DNA from: Cladosporium halotolerans
Lineage: Eukaryota
Direction of reading: 5' to 3'
Length of the DNA: 64,000 nucleotides
Assembly (NCBI RefSeq): GCF_011745625.1
Contig: NW_027191466.1
Span: 434,001-498,000 of the forward strand
In this document: positions 58,714-64,000 of the stretch, piece after piece
How the letters are laid out: each line of letters starts with the position of its first letter
Numbering within the stretch: the first letter of the stretch is position 1
Position numbers and translations under genes: made by a program
The notes under the pieces: model-generated
The model's input: only the letters and a program-made list of their open reading frames with translations
Databases searched by the model: none
What the model was told of the DNA's origin: nothing

Positions 58714-59631
58714 ATGGCCAACCCAACCAAACCCCCAAAAGACCACGTCTACGACCCCGGCGACATGGCCGCCATGGCCTACATGACCAACATCGACCGG
58801 CGCCACGCCACGCGCACCGTACCCCTGCGCGTGCTCTGCCTAGGGCAATCCCGCACCGGCACCACCTCCCTCCGCCAAGCGCTCGTCGACCTAGGCTACA
58901 AAGACTGCTACCACTACGCGAGCATCATCCAAGAGAACCCGCGCGACGCCGAGCTGTGGGTCGAAGCCCTGGACGCGAAGCTCAAGGGCGTCGGCAAACC
59001 GTACGGGAAGGCCGAGTGGGACGCGCTGCTGGGCCACTGCCAGGCGGCCACGGACACGCCGTGCACGATTTTCTACCGCGAGCTGCTGGAGGCGTATCCG
59101 GATGCGAAAGCTGTCTTGACGGTGCGCGATAGCGCGGACCAGTGGCACAGGTCGCAGATGAACACGATTATTCCGTACGCCACGCAGATTCTGCCGTCCG
59201 GCTGGATTGATAGGATCAAAGTACTGTTTGCACCTTGGGATTCGACGACGGTCAAGTTCGCTAAGCTTATTATGTACCACTCGCCGATTCGGAAGGAGCT
59301 GTGGAATGATTTCCATAATGGCACGACGACTGCTAAGCAGGCTTATGAGGACTACAATGCGGAGGTTCAGGCCATCGTGCCGAAGGAAAATTTGCTGGTG
59401 TTCAACGTCAAAGAAGGCTGGACCCCTTTGTGTAGGTTTTTGGGCGAGAGCGTGCCCGATGAGCCTTTCCCAAGGCGCAACGACACTGCAGTCTTCGCGA
59501 AGAATACCGCGCAGCTCGGGGCATGGGCGGAAGATGGAATCAGGAAGAACATGACGATGGTGGGCGCGGGATTAGCTGCTGGAGTTGGTGTTGCGATCGC
59601 TGTGTTCGCTGGTATGCGGGAGTGGAAGTAG
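58714..59631 (+). CDS. P-loop sulfotransferase-family protein (Sulfotransfer_4-like), intronless
   Basis: VLCLGQSRTGTTS, CYHY, YPDAKAVLTVRD, VPKENLLVFNVKEGWTPLCRFLG, FPRRND; C-terminal TM tail. Confidence 0.92.
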   Translation: MANPTKPPKDHVYDPGDMAAMAYMTNIDRRHATRTVPLRVLCLGQSRTGTTSLRQALVDLGYKDCYHYASIIQENPRDAELWVEALDAKLKGVGKPYGKAEWDALLGHCQAATDTPCTIFYRELLEAYPDAKAVLTVRDSADQWHRSQMNTIIPYATQILPSGWIDRIKVLFAPWDSTTVKFAKLIMYHSPIRKELWNDFHNGTTTAKQAYEDYNAEVQAIVPKENLLVFNVKEGWTPLCRFLGESVPDEPFPRRNDTAVFAKNTAQLGAWAEDGIRKNMTMVGAGLAAGVGVAIAVFAGMREWK

Positions 59632-59681
59632 TCTTCAATTTGTTTGCAGGATGATTGAGCCTGACATTACAGCTTGCATCA

Positions 59682-60153
59682 TCACCCGACGTAAGCTTCC
59701 ACCTCAATCTCAACTCTCATTGCCTCCAAAGCCAGAGTGCTTACTCCGATCTCGGTCCAAATGGGCATGTGATCCTCACCACACCACTTGCGTAGATTGC
59801 TCACCATAGCTGCCGTGGTTTGCTCGTCGAGGGCAACATGAAAGCTTCTAACGCTGTACACTTGACTCCAGCCCTTACCGCCTGCGGTTTTTAGGGCGAG
59901 ATCGACGTTTGCGAACGCTTGGTCGATTTCAGTGTCTAGATTGGAGGAGATAGAGATGGGCTCAGTGGTTGGGTGCCAACCGCCTGGTGCGAGGTCAGCT
60001 GACACGAGCTTCGCGGGCAAGAGAGGGGGCTGAGGAGAGACCTTGGCCTGAAGTCTTGATCGTGTTTCCGATGCGGACGGCCTGGCTGTAGTGCATATTT
60101 GCCTTCGCCCATTCACCGAGGCCTTCGTAGGAGCTGAAGTGAGGTTGAGACAT
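59682..60153 (-). CDS. RidA/YjgF/YER057c family protein
   Basis: MSQPHF...YSQAVRIG...SGQG, intron 60041-59984, then GW...QAFANVDLALKTAGGKGWSQV...MRVEIEVEA. Confidence 0.9.
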
Positions 60154-60979
60154 GGCGATGGAAGAGTAACGGAGCGATGCTGTGTGGATGCGGGTGACGA
60201 AAGAGAGAAGCTCATGCTGATATGGTTGCTGGATTTTATATCTGTTCTACACGCGTGGCTGAGCCTGGCCGTATGTAGATTTTATGACTGCATTATGCAT
60301 ACCGTTCAAAGGGCTGAAGTGGTGCTGGTACAGGAGTACGCCACGCAGCCGAGACTTGCTTCGACCAGAATGAGGACTGGTAAGCTGAACTCTGTCTTAC
60401 GATATGCAGGATGACAAACCATCGTATGACTACCTGGTTTGCTGAAGAGGTGCCTGATCCTTGTCCCTACGCATATTCACAAAGGGACGGAGCAACTGTA
60501 CCATACACATTTAGTCTTGAGAAGGGCCGCCCATCAGTGACGATCAGAGCATATCTGGTAAGCATCAAAGTCCTGCGCGGCCAGTCAGCCAGCCATGAAA
60601 CGGTGAGGCGCAGGTCCAGATGCGTAGATGACCTGCAGGACAGCAGCCCGTGGCGTGAACGCCTGCACAAAGCGGGCGCGCAGCGGCCTCTGCCTGAGGC
60701 GCGGGAGATGGACTCTTCCCCACAGCTTAGCGCCCGCGCCACGAGCCCGGCGCAATCGCTCCGATGTGGGTCGCCCTGTTGGTGACGGCCGATGGCTGAT
60801 GGCTGATGCTATTCACGGCCAGACCCAAGCCGCCGCCTCGCCTTTGTTCGACACACCCCTCTCCAGGCAAACATACCATGCAGCCTTTTCTTTCTTTACT
60901 CCGCTCCTAAATCACCCAAAACTCGCTTCACCAGCAAGAACAACCACCTGGAATCCTCAATTGCCTGCCGATACAGAAC

Positions 60980-62362
60980 ATGGCTGCCGCGGTGGTGCCG
61001 GCGTCGGCCATCGACCTCAATACGCCCGGCACTTTTCACGTACGCTTGGGAGCGAGCGTGCTCAAAGACGGCGAATCCAGAAGATACAGGAACGTTCGTT
61101 ACAATCATAAGCCACAGTCAACGAAAGGAGCAAATGTCACCAGCAAGCTGCTGCCCGGCAAGCAGGCCGATGCCAGTATGCTTTCGGTGAAAGACGGCGA
61201 CAAAGAATGGGAGTACACGGGTCGGAACAGGGAGGATGAGGACATGTATGTCTTGGTCATTAGCGGGGAGGGCAAGAAGGAGGTCGTATTGGAGAGGCTA
61301 GGCAGTTCACATACCATGAACCTGACCCGAGCACCGGAGGATAAGGATGGAGGGAGTCTGGCACAGAAGCACCCGTACCTGGTTGAGAACGATAGCGACA
61401 ATGACGATGAGGGAATGTTCGGCGAGGAAGAAGAGCCAAGGGACACAGCACCAGACGCCGACAATCCTTTCGACTTTCGACACTTCCTGAAATCAGTCGA
61501 AGCCACGCCTCAACGAGAAGAGCCATCCTCACAACCCAATAGAAGTACCGCTGGGACACCCTTACACAAACCACCGACAAGCACACCGACCTCGCGACCA
61601 TCGAAACCAGCACCATCGACCGCCGCAGCAAAGAAGCGCAAAACACCCTCCGCAGCCGCAACCCGACCCAACCCCAAGCGCGTCAAAGCAGGCGAAGACC
61701 CAACCCCCACCAGCACACCATCCACCAAACCCAAGCCCAAAACCCAACCCGTTCCCGAAGTCCGTGTCGAGCGGAAAGCCACCCTTCCCGCGCCGTCGAT
61801 CGAACAACCCTCGCAACCATCAGGGCAGCCAGACTACGAAGACGACGGCGAGCTCATCCTCGAAAACTCCACGCCAGACACCAGCCAGAAACCCACGCAC
61901 CTCTCCGCGATGTCGCTCGCGCTCTCCGGCCACCTCGGCAGCCGCGGCGCCGGGCCCATCAGCCTGCGTTCCGCCGCCTCCTCGCCTGCCAGCAGAATCA
62001 ACTCGCCGCATCTCAATGGCGCCGCGAAGCAGGAAGGGGAGGAGTTCGAAATTGGAGGCGACAGCAGTCCAGAGCAGGAGCAGCATCACTTTGAGTTCTC
62101 GTACGATGACGATGACGAGGTTGGCGGTGATGGCGATGTGGAAGACTCGGTGGTGCCAAGCCCTCCTCAACCGGAACCACCGCGTCAGCCGGCGGCGCAG
62201 CCGCGGTCGAGGCGGGCGAGCCTTGCTGTGCCGGCTGCGGATGACGAAGACGATATGGAGGCGCAGTTGGCTTTGGCAATGGCGGCTGAGGAGGAAGATG
62301 AAGAGCCCGCGCCTTTGGCGAGGGTGGACGAGAGTGATGAAGACGTCAGCGAGGAGGAGTAG
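60980..62362 (+). CDS. EAF (ELL-associated factor) N-terminal-domain transcription elongation protein
   Basis: VRYNHKP, VVLERLGS and DNPFDFRHFL motifs; acidic low-complexity C-terminus ending SEEE. Confidence 0.75.
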   Translation: MAAAVVPASAIDLNTPGTFHVRLGASVLKDGESRRYRNVRYNHKPQSTKGANVTSKLLPGKQADASMLSVKDGDKEWEYTGRNREDEDMYVLVISGEGKKEVVLERLGSSHTMNLTRAPEDKDGGSLAQKHPYLVENDSDNDDEGMFGEEEEPRDTAPDADNPFDFRHFLKSVEATPQREEPSSQPNRSTAGTPLHKPPTSTPTSRPSKPAPSTAAAKKRKTPSAAATRPNPKRVKAGEDPTPTSTPSTKPKPKTQPVPEVRVERKATLPAPSIEQPSQPSGQPDYEDDGELILENSTPDTSQKPTHLSAMSLALSGHLGSRGAGPISLRSAASSPASRINSPHLNGAAKQEGEEFEIGGDSSPEQEQHHFEFSYDDDDEVGGDGDVEDSVVPSPPQPEPPRQPAAQPRSRRASLAVPAADDEDDMEAQLALAMAAEEEDEEPAPLARVDESDEDVSEEE

Positions 62363-62553
62363 TGGATTTTGAAACGAGTAGCTGATTTATCCATCTGGTG
62401 TCTCGGACTACCAATGCTACGTCACAGATTTGATGTCTTTGGGGAGCGAGTATTTTACGTGTTTCTTAGTATCTTATACCCATATACATACACGCAAGCA
62501 GCATCAGCTTTTATCACTTCAACCAAAATCCCTACACCTCTTCAAAATCAGCC

Positions 62554-64000
62554 CTACTCCGTCTTCCCCATCACCGCATCGCGGCAAACAGTGTACGTCG
62601 GCACGATATCCGTCCACAGCCTAAACTGATGAATCCCCTGCCCAACCAGCGCCTCCAAACCGGGAATACTCTTCCACCCGGAATTGCTCGCAAGCTGCAT
62701 CAAACTAGTGACAGCCGGCTTGTACGCCATCTCCAGCAACACCTTAGCCCCACCACTGTTCACGCCCGTAATGCTCGGCGCGGACGCCTGGAAGATATGG
62801 CACAGGATCTCGCGCATGCTGGGGTCGATGGGCGAGTCGCCGGGGATCGTGCCGACAGCGACGACGGGGTACTCGGCGGGCTTGAGGGCGCGGGCGTCCT
62901 CGTCGCTGGCGAGCAGGCGGACGTGGTAGGAGTCGTCGAAGGCCGACGCGAGGTCCGTGAGCTTGGCCTTGTTGCGGCCGACGAGGTAGATGGGGCTGTA
63001 GCCCATGTTCTTGAGGGCGTAGATGGCGGCGCGCGCGGTGCCGCCGCCGCCGATGACCATGCCGGGTTCCGGGCGGGCGGTGGAGGAAGCGGCGGCGCCG
63101 GCGTTGCGGAGCGCGAGGATCATGCCTTGCCAGTCGGTGTTGTGGCCGACGAGGGTGGGGGAGGAGGTGGAGTTGGGCGTGCAGACGATGGTGTTGACTG
63201 CGCCGATGGTTTTGGCGGCGGGGTCGATTTCGTCAAGAAGGGGCATGATGTCAAGTTTGAGGGGGATGGTCACGCTGCCGCCGCCGAAGTTGGGGGAGCG
63301 GATGATGCTCTTCACGTCGGCGGCGTTGGTGGCCTCGTGGCGGCCGTAGGTGTGCGGGAGGCCGGAGAGGTCGAAGAGGGTGTTGTGCAAGGCAGGACTT
63401 CTGCTGTGGGCGATGGGAGAGCCAAAGATGGTGAACTCCTTGGGAACGATCTCGCCCACGAGACCGAGCACTTTGCGGATGTCAGTTGCAGAGAGTTGCC
63501 CAGGGGCTGCCTTGGCTGGGAGAGCAGGGTGCGACACGGGTGTCATGAAGGCGTTCGTAACGCGGGACATCTTGCCAGCTTCGCCCATGTTCATAGCGAT
63601 AAGAGGGAGATCCGGCAGCTCGTAAGCGATGCGCTTCTTGAAAGCCTTGAGATCGTCGTTGTCGTCCGAGTTTTTGGCAACGCCAACGAGCTTCACAATG
63701 TCACCGTACTCACGAGCAGCATCGAAGTGAGGGATCCAATCCGCGGCATCGTCAGCCCACGAAAGGGTGCCCTTCGGGTCGTGATGCGACGCAATGATGG
63801 TGCACATCTTGCGGTGCGAAAGCACAAAGTCCTTCAGCTCCTGAGGTGCAGTAAGCTCAAGGTCTGCGAAGTCGAAGCCCATGCGGAGAGCAACACGGTA
63901 AAGCTCCAGTGCGCCCTTGAGGTCTTTGTCAGGGAAGCGGCCGCCTTGGGAGACAGTGCGCAGAGTGAAGATAAGTGGAAGCGTAGTTGAGGCACGAAGC
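62554..64000 (-). CDS. ARO1: Pentafunctional AROM protein, 3' part (type I DHQase plus shikimate dehydrogenase); 5'-truncated by the window
   Basis: IIASHHD, AAPGQLS, GSPIAHSRSPALHN, GGSVTIPLK, IGAVNT, GHNTDWQG, GGGGTARAA. Confidence 0.97.
   Translation of the reverse strand, partial: LRASTTLPLIFTLRTVSQGGRFPDKDLKGALELYRVALRMGFDFADLELTAPQELKDFVLSHRKMCTIIASHHDPKGTLSWADDAADWIPHFDAAREYGDIVKLVGVAKNSDDNDDLKAFKKRIAYELPDLPLIAMNMGEAGKMSRVTNAFMTPVSHPALPAKAAPGQLSATDIRKVLGLVGEIVPKEFTIFGSPIAHSRSPALHNTLFDLSGLPHTYGRHEATNAADVKSIIRSPNFGGGSVTIPLKLDIMPLLDEIDPAAKTIGAVNTIVCTPNSTSSPTLVGHNTDWQGMILALRNAGAAASSTARPEPGMVIGGGGTARAAIYALKNMGYSPIYLVGRNKAKLTDLASAFDDSYHVRLLASDEDARALKPAEYPVVAVGTIPGDSPIDPSMREILCHIFQASAPSITGVNSGGAKVLLEMAYKPAVTSLMQLASNSGWKSIPGLEALVGQGIHQFRLWTDIVPTYTVCRDAVMGKTE

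Overview
Gene-dense, intron-containing DNA from a filamentous ascomycete (GT-AG introns with CTRAC branch points; a Dothideomycete is my inference). I can support about 22 intact protein-coding genes and two clear pseudogenes. Housekeeping genes include RPL15, a HECT E3, PRX1, a UBE2G-type E2, an EAF-domain factor and the 3' part of ARO1. Metabolic genes include a polyol dehydrogenase, a Pho84-like transporter, two convergent GH3 beta-glucosidases, two P-loop sulfotransferase-family genes, an arylsulfotransferase, an MFS transporter and a RidA protein. The most interesting block is 2-15 kb. It holds a decayed NACHT NLR whose N-terminus carries a HET-s-register amyloid motif, and a HET-domain gene. 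It also holds a divergent pair sharing a promoter with two ZafA/Zap1-type zinc-response elements: a GPI-anchored protein made only of duplicated ZrfC-like CHxH metal-binding modules, and a GliT-like CLFC oxidoreductase. A structured 168-bp tandem duplication with an 82-nt hairpin lies at 39.85-40.16 kb, next to a ~5-kb gene-free stretch. I could not support any tRNA, rRNA, CRISPR array or intact transposon. All family assignments come from recognising motifs by eye; no searches were run.
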